Shown here in pieces: positions 25,021-36,882 of a DNA stretch of 64,000 nucleotides; the stretch's first letter is position 1, and every line of letters starts with the position of its first letter. The notes under the pieces are model-generated. The model saw only the letters and a program-made list of their open reading frames with translations, was not told the DNA's origin and searched no databases. The position numbers and the translations under genes were made by a program. The DNA comes from Squalus acanthias (Eukaryota): assembly GCA_030390025.1 (NCBI GenBank), contig CM059438.1, forward strand, positions 65,970,001 through 66,034,000. Reading direction: 5' to 3'.

Positions 25021-25853
25021 CGGGATAACTTTAATTCCCAAAAACGGGTGGGTTTGGGTCGTATGGAAAGTTAAAATGTAAAAAAATCTGAAACAGCAAC
25101 CCAACCCCACCTCGAACCCACCCACTCAGGAGGTGGGTCAGTCATTGAAACCATTTAAGGAGGCTGCCTGCCTTCATTTTAACAAGATTTCTATTTTTAA
25201 CCCATGTCGGCTGGGGTTCCCGGGCCTCTGGAATCCCCGGCAGGTAAAAGGAGGTGAGAAGGGCTGGATCCATCAGGTAAGTGCTTCTACAGCACTGCTT
25301 GTGGGCAAGGAGGAGCAAGAGTGTCTCCTCCAGGCCCAACAAGCTTACCTTTAAACACCTTCCCCCCCGACCTCCATGATCTCCCCTGGACACCTCCCAT
25401 CACCAATCCTACTGATCCCCCTCTGACCCTCCCATCACCGACACCCACCTTGCGATCACCGACACCCCAATCTTCGACCCCCCCCCCCAAATCACTCCCC
25501 AACTCCCCCTGGTCTCCAACTCTCCCCTGACACCCCCCCCCCCCACCACCCCGTTCTCTGCCCCTGATCTCTGCCCCCCTCCAATCTCTCTGATTCCCCT
25601 CCCCACCGCGATCACCCCAACCCTCCCAACCACGCTCGACGCACCCACGATCTTTACCCCTAACAACCACTAAACCTACCTGCTCCTGGGCTGCGGCCTT
25701 TTCTGGAGTGCTCCCTGCCTGAAAAGCAGCCAAGCCTGTCAATCAGGTTGACTTCCGGGCGGGGAACCTGTTCAAAAAAAAAACACGCATGCTGTGGAGT
25801 TAAAACTCCCCCAACCAAATCTCCGAAACCCCGCCCCAGTAAATATCGGGGCC
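25021..25853. mobile_element. Harbinger-like MITE with C-rich low-complexity core
   Basis: 3-bp TSD TAT/TAT; ends aaatatcggggcc; homologous to 42041-42762 and to fragments at 8843-9040 and 45830-46200. Confidence 0.65.
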
Positions 25854-26134
25854 TATGTGTCTATTAGATAGGGGCAATCTAATGTCTGTCAACAAATGGC
25901 TTGACTTCCTATATGTAAATAAGGGTCAGCATAAAAAGGATATTATCACTGGAAAGCTGAATAACTTGTTAATAAATTGACACTGTCCATGCATTGCGAG
26001 CATATAGCTGAGAATGTAGTTGAACTGCCAATCAATATCATTGCCAATCCAAGGTAAAAGGGATTTCTTTTTCTAAGCCTGGAAGGACTATGTGTGGAGC
26101 TATCATGAGGGACGAAGTCTTAGTGAGAATTTGT

Positions 26135-26445
26135 GGGCAACGCAGTGGCATAGTGGTTAGCACTGTTGCCTCAGAGCGCCAGGGACCCGGGTTCGAATCC
26201 GGCCTCGGGTGACTGTCTGTGTGGAGTTTGCACATTCTCCCCGTGTCTGCGTGGGTTTCCTCCGGGTGCTCCAGTTTACTCCCACAGTCCAAAGATGTGC
26301 GGGTTAGGTTGATTTGGCTATGATAAATTGACCCTTACTGTTAGGGGGATTAAATACGCGGGGATAGGGTGGGATATGTGTCGGTGCAGGCTCGATGGGC
26401 TGAAATGGCCTCTATCTGCACTGTGGGGATTCTGTGATTCTGTGA
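26135..26445 (+). mobile_element. HE1-type V-SINE
   Basis: A box tggcatagtgg, B box ggttcgaatcc, V domain tctgtgtggagtttgcacattctccccgtgtctgcgtgggtttcctccggg, CR1-like tail gattctgtga. Confidence 0.92.
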
Positions 26446-27552
26446 ATCCCAGCCATGACTGATGTTCACATCTGGCCTCTCTGAGGGCAACTTTACTCTG
26501 GGAGAGGTTGAAAACTGGAGGAGGTTTTTCAAAGCAGGGAGGGAGGTAGCAAGAGAGGAGGAGGTTCCAGAGGACTATCATGACAACCCTTTGAACTCAA
26601 GGTAGAAGTGTTTGTGTATTGGGAGCTGGGTTTAGAATGTCATTACAGCTGCTGACTGAGGCAAAGTGACTGTGAGCTGATCGTCATATATGATTATTAA
26701 ATCCATTTAACTGAAAGACAGGAACCGGAGTCTATATAACAAGTGAAGGTTGGAGGGAAATGAAGGGTTCTTATTTTCAATGTCAAGTTGACCCAAGAGT
26801 TCTGCAGAAGCAATTGAAGTCTCTCTGTTCTGCTATCTGATTTGAGCCGGATGTGTACATTCACAAAGTGAAGTTTTCATTTTTAGCCTGGCTCTCATTG
26901 TGTGAGGAAAGGAAGCTGAACAGGTTCTATGTGGGCAGTCAGCAGCTGTGCTTTCAAAAAAAAAACACCACATTTAGCAGTTCTTCCTCTCGCTCCTAAC
27001 AAAAACTTTCCTTTTTGTGATTAAAAATAGGCTTGACTCAGCCAGTCCATCCGGTGAACAGCTGAGCTGTACAGTAAAGTCCTGAGTTAGATTCAAGTTG
27101 TTGCTAAATTCGCTGTTCGTAGCCTGGCCAGCGATTGGTGATGCTACAATTGTCCTTGGCGTCCTTGAATTAAGGAGGGGAAAGTCAAATAGACTTCCCT
27201 GCTCTTGATTGTTAAACCAGCGATCCTTTCTGGAAGTTATGCGTGTGGAGGATGGGAGAAAACGGAATTGGACTTGGTTGTCAGGTTCCCTGCAGTCAAC
27301 TAATTTGCCAATATTCACTGTCCAGACTCATGCCCTTCACACCAGAGGGCATCTGGTGCGTGTGGAGCTCTATCCCAACATGAAGACAACATCTTCAGGA
27401 TAAAAAGGAAGAAAAATGAATGAGAAGAAAAATAGAAATTGATAAAATTGAAAGAAAGAAGAACATGCATTTATATAGCGCCTTTCACAACCTCAGAATA
27501 ACCCAAAGTGTATGCTCAGCAGGTCAGGCAGCATCTGTGCAGAGAGAAACAG

Positions 27553-27589
27553 AGTTAACGTTTCAGGTCGATGACCTTTCGTCAGAACT
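27553..27589 (-). ncRNA. Minimal type I hammerhead ribozyme motif
   Basis: agtt-CTGACGA-a-aggtc-atc-gacct-GAAA-cg-TT-aact on the minus strand. Confidence 0.75.
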
Positions 27590-27731
27590 GGAAAAAGTTA
27601 GAGATGTAACAGATTTTAAGCAAGTGCAGGGGCAGGGAAAGGGGGGGAGGGGAGGAAAGAACAAAAGGGAAGGTCTGTGATAGGGTGGAAGGCAGGACCC
27701 CTCTGTCCAGGGCCCCAAACACTCCTTCCAG

Positions 27732-28061
27732 GTGAAACAGCAATTTACTTGTTGTACTTGCAATTTAGTATACTGTATTCGCTGCTCACAATGCAGTCTC
27801 CTCTACATTGGGGAGACCAAATGCAGATTGGGTGACTGCTTTGTGGAACACCTCCGTTCAGTCCGTAAGCGTGACCTCGAGCTTCCGGTCGCCTGTCACT
27901 TTAATTCTCTGCTCCACTCCCACTCTTACCTCTCTGTCTTTGGCCTCTTACACTGTTCCAATGAAGCTCAACGTAAGCTCGAGGAACAGCACCTCATCTT
28001 TCGATTCGGCACTTTGCAGCCTTCTGGACTCAACATCGAGTTCAACAATTTCAGACCATAA
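27732..28061 (+). pseudogene. Penelope GIY-YIG endonuclease C-terminal fragment
   Basis: NLVYCIRCSQCSLLYIGETKCRLGDCFVEH...PVACHFN...RKLEEQHLIFRFGTLQPSGLN. Confidence 0.88.
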
Positions 28062-28308
28062 CCTCTGCCCCTATTTTTTCACATGGCAGCTGTTGATGAT
28101 TCTGCCATTTACACCTCTTCTAGATTCATCTTTTGGTTCTTTACTTGTCCCATTGTCATGTCCTTTTGCTTTGTACTATCATACCTTTTGTCATTTAATC
28201 ACTCCTGCCTTCCACCCTATCACAGACCTTCCCTTTTGTTTTTCCTCCCCTCCCCACTTTCCCTGCCCCTGCACTTGCTTAAAATCTGTTACATCTCGAA
28301 CATTTTCC

Positions 28309-28345
28309 AGTTCTGACGAAAGGTCATCGACCTGAAACGTTAACT
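28309..28345 (+). ncRNA. Minimal type I hammerhead ribozyme motif
   Basis: agtt-CTGACGA-a-aggtc-atc-gacct-GAAA-cg-TT-aact; helices I and II pair perfectly. Confidence 0.75.
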
Positions 28346-28454
28346 CTGTTTCTCTCTTGACAGATGCGGCCTGATTTGCTGAGTATTCCCAGCATTTTCT
28401 GCTTCTATTTCAGATTTCCAGCATCCGCAGTATTGTGCTTTTGTATTAGGACCC

Positions 28455-28660
28455 AAATCTATTAGTTCCAAAGTTCCCAGTCTCTTGCCCTTGAGAAAAT
28501 ATTCTGATTTGTCTTTCTTGGATCCAAAGGATGACCTCATGCATTCCCACATTGAACTCCATTTGCCACAGTTGTGCCCACTCACTTAATCCATCCAGGT
28601 CCCGTTGTATCTTCCTGCTCCAATCTGCACAGTTTACTGTGCCTCCTAATTTAGGGTCAG
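28455..28660 (-). mobile_element. Old CR1 RT fragment
   Basis: Degenerate minus-strand match to the W...WQM.FN..KC.V.HFG region. Confidence 0.55.
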
Positions 28661-29099
28661 TTGCTAAAGAGGAAGCCTTGGTTATCCACCAGTTTTCATA
28701 ACCCGTCCGAGGACAGTGATGGAAAGACGGGCCACGGTGGGTTGTTCTCCATTCTGGCGGGTAATGAAGGTTCCAGTGTACAATGTATCATTGATGTTTC
28801 AGGGTTATTTCCCTCTTCTCCATGTAGAGGGGAGTTGACTCACATTCTCGAATGATCTGTTGTTCTTTTGTCTCTTTTAATAATTAGCACTGAAGGTTTC
28901 CTCTGTGCACTTGGTGTAGCACAATCTAGACAAGAAGTTTACCATTTTGCTTTGCAAGATGCATTAGAGCGCAGCTTCCCTTCAAAGCAGCAGTTGTAAA
29001 GTAGAGAACCAACCTTCTATTAGAAAAGTATTTTATGATTATTAGCATCTGCAAAGGAAGTGAACTTGTACAGTTTTTAGTGTAGAATCAATACTACTA

Positions 29100-29577
29100 A
29101 CAGCAACAACAATGTGCATTTATATAGCACCTTTAACGTAGTAAAACGTCCCAAAGCGATTCACAGGAGCGTTATCAAACTAACTTTGACCCTCACTGTA
29201 CCTGTACCTGAAGAAGGAGCGGAGCTCCGAAAGCTCGTAATTTCAAATAAAACTGTTGACTATAACCTGGTGTTGTGCGACTTCTCATTTTTGACACCGA
29301 GTCACATGAGATATTAGGGCAGATAACAAAGAGGTAGGTTTTAAGGAGCATCTATAAAGGAGGTAGAGAGGCGGAGAGATTTAGGAAGGGAATTCCAGAG
29401 CTTAGGGCCTAGGCAGCTGAAAGCACGGCCGCCAATGGTGGAGCGATTAAAATCGGGGATGTGCAAGAGGCCAGAATTGGAGGAGCGCAGAGATCTCAGA
29501 GGGTTGTAGGGCTGGAGGAGGTTACAGAGATAGGGAGGGGTGAGGCCATGGAGTGATTTGAAAACAGGGATGAGAAC
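29100..29577 (-). mobile_element. L2 3' fragment with a Penelope terminal-repeat insertion (29191-29289)
   Basis: Matches 1053-1450; insertion flanked by tttgac at 29185-90 and 29290-95. Confidence 0.85.
29205..29239 (+). ncRNA. Minimal type I hammerhead ribozyme motif
   Basis: tac-CTGAAGA-a-ggagc-gga-gctcc-GAAA-gc-TC-gta. Confidence 0.7.
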
Positions 29578-30406
29578 TGATTGTATCTGATGTTTCAAAC
29601 AGTTATTTTTATCACTGAAACAAATGTTCCTTTTTATAAATAAAAGTTAGGCCCAGCAGGTTAGCTGGTCATGATGTAAGTGTCTTTCAGTGTAATGTGA
29701 GCGAGCATCTCTACTCGAGCAAATAGACACTCATCTCCATTGGAATTACCATTCGTAATGCTACGCGTCAGATCCCAATGAGTTTTCCTCATTCCATGAC
29801 CCACAGAACAGGAGACATGTAAGCTTTTTGCCAGTCTGTATTTGTTACATGTCAGTACGGCTTAAAATATGTCTCAAATTGAGGAGTTGTCACACGGAAT
29901 GTGCCTTCAGCAGGTTAGCAGTCCAGGAGTCACAATATCCAAATGATCAGTGATGGCATGAGGAGGTGAGGCCTGTTTGGCGTGACCTGCACTTCCTGTG
30001 GTTGGCAGCCACTTGCTGCCGAAAGCGATACCTTGGAGTGAGCAAAGGAACAAAAAAGGAACAGCTGGTCACTTGGCAGTAGTCAAGTCTAAATAAAATG
30101 CTTCACTTGGCATCAAGCTAGCGGACGTCATCAGAAGGGTTAATGTGAAAGAAGTGGAATTTAAAGGGGAAAGCACATCTTGTGGTTCTCTGCTTTTGTT
30201 GAAAATACAGCCCAGCCCCACCACCCATATGCATATAAAGAAATATACAAAATATATTCACCTTTTTAAAAAAAAAATCTTTATCTTATCACTAATTATG
30301 TGATTATGCTGATTGCAAGATTTCATGGCACCTGACCTGCCAAAGGCACATTCCATGTGAGGGCTGCGTCAATGAAAGAAATAGATTATAGTTAGACTAT
30401 ACAGTA

Positions 30407-30706
30407 CAGGTAGAACGTCCCAAATCCGGCAACTTCGGGACCGAGGCCGAGCCGGTTTTCGGGTTTTTCCGGACTTCGGAACGTGTTTCTGATGTCCGAA
30501 GTCCGGAAACGCCCGAGCCCAGGTTGCGATATTTCCGGACTTCAGACATCTGAAACACGTGCCGAGTCCGGAAATGCCTGGGCCCAGGTTGCGCTTTTGG
30601 TAAGCCTCCCTCAGGGTGTCCGGATTCCGGAACATTTTACGGATTCCGGACCCCTGCCACCAATCGTCCCGGATTCCAGAACTCTGGATTTGGGACGCTC
30701 AACCTG
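30407..30706. mobile_element. Tc1/mariner-pogo (Tigger4/Zombi-like) MITE, 300 bp
   Basis: TIR caggtagaacgtcccaaatcc / ggatttgggacgctcaacctg, TA TSD on both sides, many internal tccgga motifs. Confidence 0.85.
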
Positions 30707-30880
30707 TACTAACATGTAACAAATACAGACTGGCAAAATTGGTAACCATAATAACCTTTAAGCTTTAATGCCTCATGTTCTTTGAAATATGGAATGAGAT
30801 CTATACCTCAGATTGTTGCATGTGGTATCATGGATTGGAATTCAGTAGCGATGTGTGGTTGTTTGCTTGGATTAAATTAT

Positions 30881-31630
30881 GGCTCTGAATTTGCGGTCGG
30901 AGGCGTACCTCCAGAGTACGCCTCCGACCCGCAAAATATTTACAAACTTACTTCCTGGCTCCACGGCTACAGAGAGTTCAGGTCTCAGACCTCCAGGCGT
31001 ATACCTGCGTAAAGGCCCACGGATCCCAGGGACGAAGGTGGTTCGGAAGCGTCCCTGGGATCACGTGGGCCAGGTCCTCCAATTAGAAAGGAGGATTCCA
31101 TTGCAGTCATTTCCGAATGGAATCCACTAATGACATGCAATGGAATCCCCAAATAATTAAACAATTTGCACAATTCTAATAAATATAAGTGCTGAATTTC
31201 AAATTTAAATAAAAGCCCCTTAATGACAATACAATAAAAAAATTATTTTTTGAAAAATAATTTTAAACATTTTGATCTGGGCCAATGTTAACTGTTGGTG
31301 CATCATTTTTTATTTTTAAGTTTTTAATTTAAGATTTATATTAAGCCTTATGCTGGTGAAAGCAGGCCCTACAACTGCCTTTACCAGCCGTAAGAGTTTT
31401 GTGGGCAATTGCTGGACAGTAGTTGGGCAAATAGCCCAACTCTGCGCCAGTGAAAGCGATTTCTTAGTCGGTTCGGTAGATCTTTCAAAGCGAACTTGAC
31501 AGATCGCAAGTTCCGGGTTTTCGCGCATGCGCAGCACATGCGGAAACCCGGAACTTGCGGGGCCCAAACAGAAGGATTAGGATGGCGTCCGTTGACCGTA
31601 TGCCGTTGAAGACACCATAAATTCTGGCCC
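30881..31630. mobile_element. Harbinger-like MITE
   Basis: ggctctgaatttgcgg ... aaattctggccc termini, TSD TAT/TGT; homologous to 41056-41903. Confidence 0.7.
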
Positions 31631-31759
31631 TGTAAGTACTCCCCTTGCCTTGCTTTGCTCTTTATAGTAGTCAGATATCAGCCAAAAGCCATAATTTCTT
31701 CTACAGTCATATAGAAATAGCAAATACTGCTGTAGTGCTCCTCACATACAGAGAGATGT

Positions 31760-32252
31760 GCCTTGGAGAGGGTGCAGAGAAGATTTACGAGAATTATACC
31801 AGGGATGAGGTACTTCAGTTTGTGGCGAGACTAGAGAAGTTGGGATTGTTCTCTTTAGAGCAGAGATGGTTAAGGGGAAATTTAAGAGAGGTGTTCATAA
31901 TTATGGAGGGTTTTGAGAGAGTGAATAAGGAGAAACTGTTTCCACTGGCTGAAGGGTCGGTAACCAGAGGACACAGATTTAAGATAATTGGCAAAGGAAC
32001 CAGAGGGGAGATCAGCAGAATTTATTTTATGCAGCGAGTTGTTATGATCTGGAATGCACTGTCTGAAAGGGTGGTGGAAGCAGTTTCAATAGTAATTTTC
32101 AAAGGAGAATTGGATAAATACTGGAAAGGAAACTTTTACAGGGCTATAGGGAAATAGTTGGGGTGTGGGACTAATTGAACAGCTCTTTCAAAGAGCCGGC
32201 ACAGGCACAATGGGCCAAATGTCCTCCTTTTTTGCTGTAAGATTCTATGACT
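31760..32252 (+). mobile_element. CR1 3' fragment
   Basis: RLEKLGLFSLEQRWLRGNL...TRGHRFKI...QRVVMIWNAL plus tail. Confidence 0.85.
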
Positions 32253-32735
32253 ATGCCTCAGAGCATTTAACAGGGTGTAGATAATGAGTGGACACTAAGA
32301 AGAAGGGAGAGAAAGATGCCAGGAGTGGGTGAAAGCATGGTTCAAGAGGAGGGCCTTTGAAAGCATCGAGGTTGGTGTCAAGACAGAATAGCTGAGCGAG
32401 GGACTTCCAGATATTGGGTGCATAGTGGCTGAGGGAGTGGGCACTGACAGTGGAGGGAGCAGGGAATGAGAAGCTAGTTGGTATCCGAGGAGTGGAGGGT
32501 GTGCACAAGGATGTTCGTTTAGAAGACATCACAACAATAGGGAGGGATGCCATGGAGTGATTTAAAGGTGAGCTTGGGGATCGTGAAGTTGATGATTTGG
32601 GGCACAGAGTGTAAGTGTACATGTTTGTACACAACTTGACATGAGCTCTACACATACACATTATGCATTGCCCGCTAAAAACACTGCCAGGGATGCAAGG
32701 AAAATCTCCGAATACTAACAGTAGTTGTTAATTAC

Positions 32736-32985
32736 TGTCCTATTTGACATGAATCTTGTCATTCATGTGGAAATGACTTATGAAATAATACTGGGCGGCC
32801 TGCTGGTGGCGCTGTCCAGGGAGAGTATAAATACTCGGGCATGGGCCCAGCTTGCGCGGGACATTCTTAACAGGAACTAGTAAAGGACACAACTAGACCT
32901 CCATGTTGTAAAACAGTTGCTTAAAGCTTTGTTTAACGCTTAGATCAAGTGCCGAGTAGTTTTCTTACGTCACTATACTTCTACA
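32736..32985 (+). mobile_element. Short solo-LTR-like repeat, copy 2
   Basis: TGT...ACA termini; colinear with 14475-14714. Confidence 0.6.
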
Positions 32986-33944
32986 AAAGTCCTACATTAT
33001 TGTAATCGCTATTACCTATTTTTTGCCTTTGTAACTCTACATGAAAAGGCATCAGAAAAAGGAATAAAAATTCTTTTGTTTTTAAACAAAATGAAATGTG
33101 TAAATATATTATAAAGAAGAACAAATGTGTGGGAGTGAGTTGAAAGCAGCACTTCAATCTCAGGGTCCTGCTGACGTTCATAAGCTGCTCGATTGAATTA
33201 TTCCCTCGTAACCCCCTGCCAGCCATCTGTCATCTTGGATGTCAGTGGTGGTAATGAGGAAAGAATAGCTGATCCTAATCAGTCCAGACTGCAGTGTATT
33301 CCTCTGCATTTCTCTCTTGCTCACTTCCGCATCCCATGTATCCCAGTCACATTCCTTCTCTCTCTGTTCATATATATGTGCATAACCATAGCGAATATTC
33401 TGAGATTATTGAGTTCACTAATAGATGTTAAATGATCTTTGCTCTTGCTTTTTACCCCTGTTTTACTTCAGGAAGGTACAGGCATTTAAATATTCCTGTC
33501 GGATTTCTGATAATTTTTCAGTTTCGAAAAGGATACGGATTTGATTAGTGAGGGAGTCAACCTCCATTTCCTTCAGCCTTTTCCAAGTTTCTAACCTTTT
33601 TGCCCCTTCCTCTCCTTTAGGCAGACACTCTGTCCCATTTTGTTTGTTCAATCTTCATTCCATTGATGTCTTTCTCCCTCTCCCTGAAGTATGTTTCTTT
33701 CTTAAGCATCTCCTGCCAGCCTAATGTTTTTTTCCCCTTTCTCTTTGTTATCAGCACCAGGTCCCGTTGACCTTGCTGTTGTAGTGAGATAGGAAAGGTT
33801 CTGATAATGTGAATATCCCAGCATTCTCAGCTCAAGGGAAAGCACTCGGTTCCATTCATAGGCACTTGGAATGTCAAACCAGTCTTCCCTCCATTTTTCC
33901 ATATTACCTGTCTTGCTGCAAGAGCAATAGCTGCCCAGGTTGGG

Positions 33945-34836
33945 TTTTTTTTCACTTTTATGGGATGTGGGCATCGCTGGCAAGGCCAGCATTTATTGCC
34001 CATCCCTAGTTGCCCTTGAGAAGGTGGTGGTGAGCCACCTTCTTGAACTGCTGCAGTCTGTGTGGTGATGGTACTCCCAGAGTGCTGTTAGGGAGGGAGG
34101 TCCAAGGTTTTGACCCAGCGACAATGAAGGATCAGCGACATACTTCTGTGTCAGGATGGTGTGTGACTTGGAGGGGAACTTGGAGGTGGTGGTGTTCCCA
34201 TGTGCCTGCTGCCCTTGTCCTTCTAGGTGGAAGAGGTCGCGGGTTTGGAAGGTGCTGCCGAAGAAGCCTTGGCGAGTTGCTGCAGTGCATCTTGTAGATG
34301 GTACACACTGCAGCCACGGTACGCCGCTGGTGGAGGGAGTGAATGTTTAAGGTGGTGGATGGGGTGCCAATCAAGCGGGCTGCTTTGTCCTGGATGGAGT
34401 CGAGCTTCTTGAGTGTTGTTGAAGCTGCACTCATCCAGGCAAGTGGAGAGTATTCCATCACATTCCTTACTTGTGCCTTGTAGATAGTGGAAAGGCTTTG
34501 GGGAGTCAGGAGGTGAGAGACTCGCCACAGAATACCTAGTCTCTGACCTGTTCTTGTTGCCACAGTATTTATGTGGCTGGTCCAGTTAAGTTTCTGGTCA
34601 ATGGTGACCCCCAGGATGTTGATGGTGGGGGATTCGGCAATGGTAATGCCGTTGCATGTCAAGGGGAGGTGGTTAGACTCTTCATTGTTGGAGATAGTCA
34701 TTGTCTGGCACTTCTGTGGCGCAAATGTTACCTGCCACTTATCAGCCCAAGCCTAAACATCGTCCAGGTCTTGTTGCATGCGGGCATGGACTGCTTCCTT
34801 ATCTGAGGAGTTGTGAATGGCGCTAAACATTGTGCA
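33945..34836 (-). mobile_element. 3' fragment of the same L2/CR1-group LINE as 9920-12786
   Basis: 189-aa ORF INILGVTIDQKLNWTSHI...VMEYSPLAWMSAA. Confidence 0.85.
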
Positions 34837-35403
34837 GTGTTGTGAGGGAAAAGTAAGAAGCTTCCAGGAAGCATGCTTTATTGAAACATCAGATGGGTAA
34901 GGAGGCAACATGTTGTAAAGAACTAAAAATTGCCATAAACTTCGGGAGGTTATTTTTCCATGACAGCAGTTACTTCATCAAAGAAATCATGTTGTGGACA
35001 TTCATTGTTCTCAAGACTCTTGTATTCCTTAATTATACATGAACAGTAATTGCATTGTAATATTTAATTCTTCAGCATGGATGTCATCTTGCATCAACTA
35101 AACTGTGCTCACTGGCTGTTGGCATCTTCCCTAATGCAAGCTGTTGGCAAATAACAGACCTGAAAATAGAACAAAACCAACCTCATAATCTCTACAATGT
35201 GTATATTACACCTGCAAAAAAATAAAAACTGGGAGTTATTTCAAAGTTGTATCTCATTTTGGGGTTATAGTTATAAACTAAGCTTCATTTGAGCTTAAAA
35301 TATAATTGACACCTGTGCATAAATGAATGCCAAAGCAGTTACCCAGTCGTTGAGTCAGATGGCCGATTTGGGCAATGTTGGATAATCTGGCAGCCATCAC
35401 AAG

Positions 35404-35668
35404 TAGGGACGGCAATTCTGGTTGGATGTTTCCCTGGAGGTTTCACCACATGATTTCTTGCCTCCAACTGCCCCATCTAGTCAAATAACCTTTCTTCGCC
35501 ATCTCTCATATTTTTATAACTGATAAATAAAAGTATTCAAAGAAAATGAAAAAACACTTTTATTTATGGCCCGATGATTTCTCTCCAGGATTGCTCGCAG
35601 CAGTGTCCTGGAGATTAGTCTTCAATTCCTGGAGACTCTGGGGCAATCCTGGTGGTTTGGTAACCCTA
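35404..35668. mobile_element. hAT-type MITE, same family as 6486-6846
   Basis: tagggacggcaatt ... tttggtaacccta termini; internal homology. Confidence 0.7.
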
Positions 35669-35799
35669 CTTAAAAGGCAGGAATGAAATTGGTAGGTTCA
35701 GATGTTTATATAGCGAAAATGAAACATCCAACAGCAATCACAAGGCAATCATCTAATAGAACAGTTCAGCAGTTTTAATTATAAGATAATAGATACCTG

Positions 35800-36440
35800 G
35801 AAGTGAAAAAGACCAAGCGTATTTTGGGTTTTGCCAATAGGGGCATAGAGCGCAAGAGTAAAGAAGTAATGTTGTTGTGCAAGATAATGGGTAGGCCACA
35901 GTTAAAGAAATGTGTGCAGTTTTGAGTGTCCCATTATAGAAAGGACATTAAAGCTATAGAGCACATACAGCATAGATTCACTAGGATGATGCTAGGGATG
36001 GGAGTTTATAGTTATGAGGAAGACTTGAGCTACTGGGAATATTTCCACTGGAGCAGAGAAGACTGAGAGATGATCTGATAAAGGTTTTTGAAATTATGAA
36101 GGGTTTTGATGAGGTGAAAAGGGAAGACTATTAAAGGTTAGGAGAAATCTCTTCACTCAGAGAGTTGTTGGAACTTGTAATGTTTTGCTGCAGGTAGTGC
36201 TTGAGGTGGATACTATTGCATCTTTTAAGGGAAAATTGGACAAATACTTGAAGTAGAGGGAAAGAGCAGGGCAGTGGAATTCATTTCAGATTGCTTGAGC
36301 AAAGAATTGGCACAGACACAATAAGGGTGAAATCGGTCTTGCGCTGTAATGCAAAATGGATGATAGCGAATCAGCAGGTCCCCAAGGCCAATTTCACCCC
36401 CAATGGATCAAATGCCCTCCTTTTGTGCTGTAATCCTCTA
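35800..36440 (+). mobile_element. Old CR1 3' fragment
   Basis: Degenerate RP.LE.CVQF..PHYRKD region and tail. Confidence 0.7.
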
Positions 36441-36685
36441 TGGTTATGTGGTCACAAGGTAGTAATCTAATAGAGGGGTTCAGATGCTACCCTTAACACA
36501 CTGAAGTTTGAGTACATAGGCTCATCCTTTGGACCTCCACATTGGATTACTGCATTTTTTTCCAAGTTTCTACTGAAACATAGACTGGAAATATAATTTT
36601 TCCCCTAAAATAATTTCTTCTCCTTTAAACTTGTAGTAATCTTGTTTCTTTGATGTGCAGGTTTGAGCCTTAATATGATCTAGGA

Positions 36686-36882
36686 CAGCGGTTCCCAACC
36701 TCTTCCTTTATGTGGACCACTACATTGTCATCAAAAGCTTTTGTGGACCACTAGCCATTTAAAACATTTTTAACATCGCCTATGGCTGCCTATTACATCA
36801 TCATAATTTTTTTTTTCACGGACCACCTGCAGTGCCCTCGCGGACCACTGGTGGTCCGCGGACCACAGGTTGGGAACCGCTG
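36686..36882. mobile_element. hAT-Charlie-like MITE, 197 bp
   Basis: TIR cagcggttcccaacct / aggttgggaaccgctg, perfect 8-bp TSD atctagga, five ggaccac motifs. Confidence 0.92.

Larger units (their letters stand above)
27512..28447 (+). mobile_element. 5'-truncated Penelope-like element with inverted terminal repeat
   Basis: GIY-YIG ORF end plus ~185-bp inverted arms (27512-27697 vs 28203-28386), each carrying a hammerhead core. Confidence 0.9.

Noticed and set aside
25287..25742. Gly-rich and Pro-rich ORFs (also 42390-42772 and 45797-46274)
   Set aside because: Produced by G/C low-complexity cores of MITEs.
26135..26210. tRNA gene (also at 39129 and 13000-13090)
   Set aside because: A and B boxes run straight into SINE bodies; no complete cloverleaf.
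30407..30706. Repeated tccgga motifs as a CRISPR-like array
   Set aside because: Eukaryotic DNA, irregular spacing, and enclosed by Tigger-like TIRs with a TA TSD.
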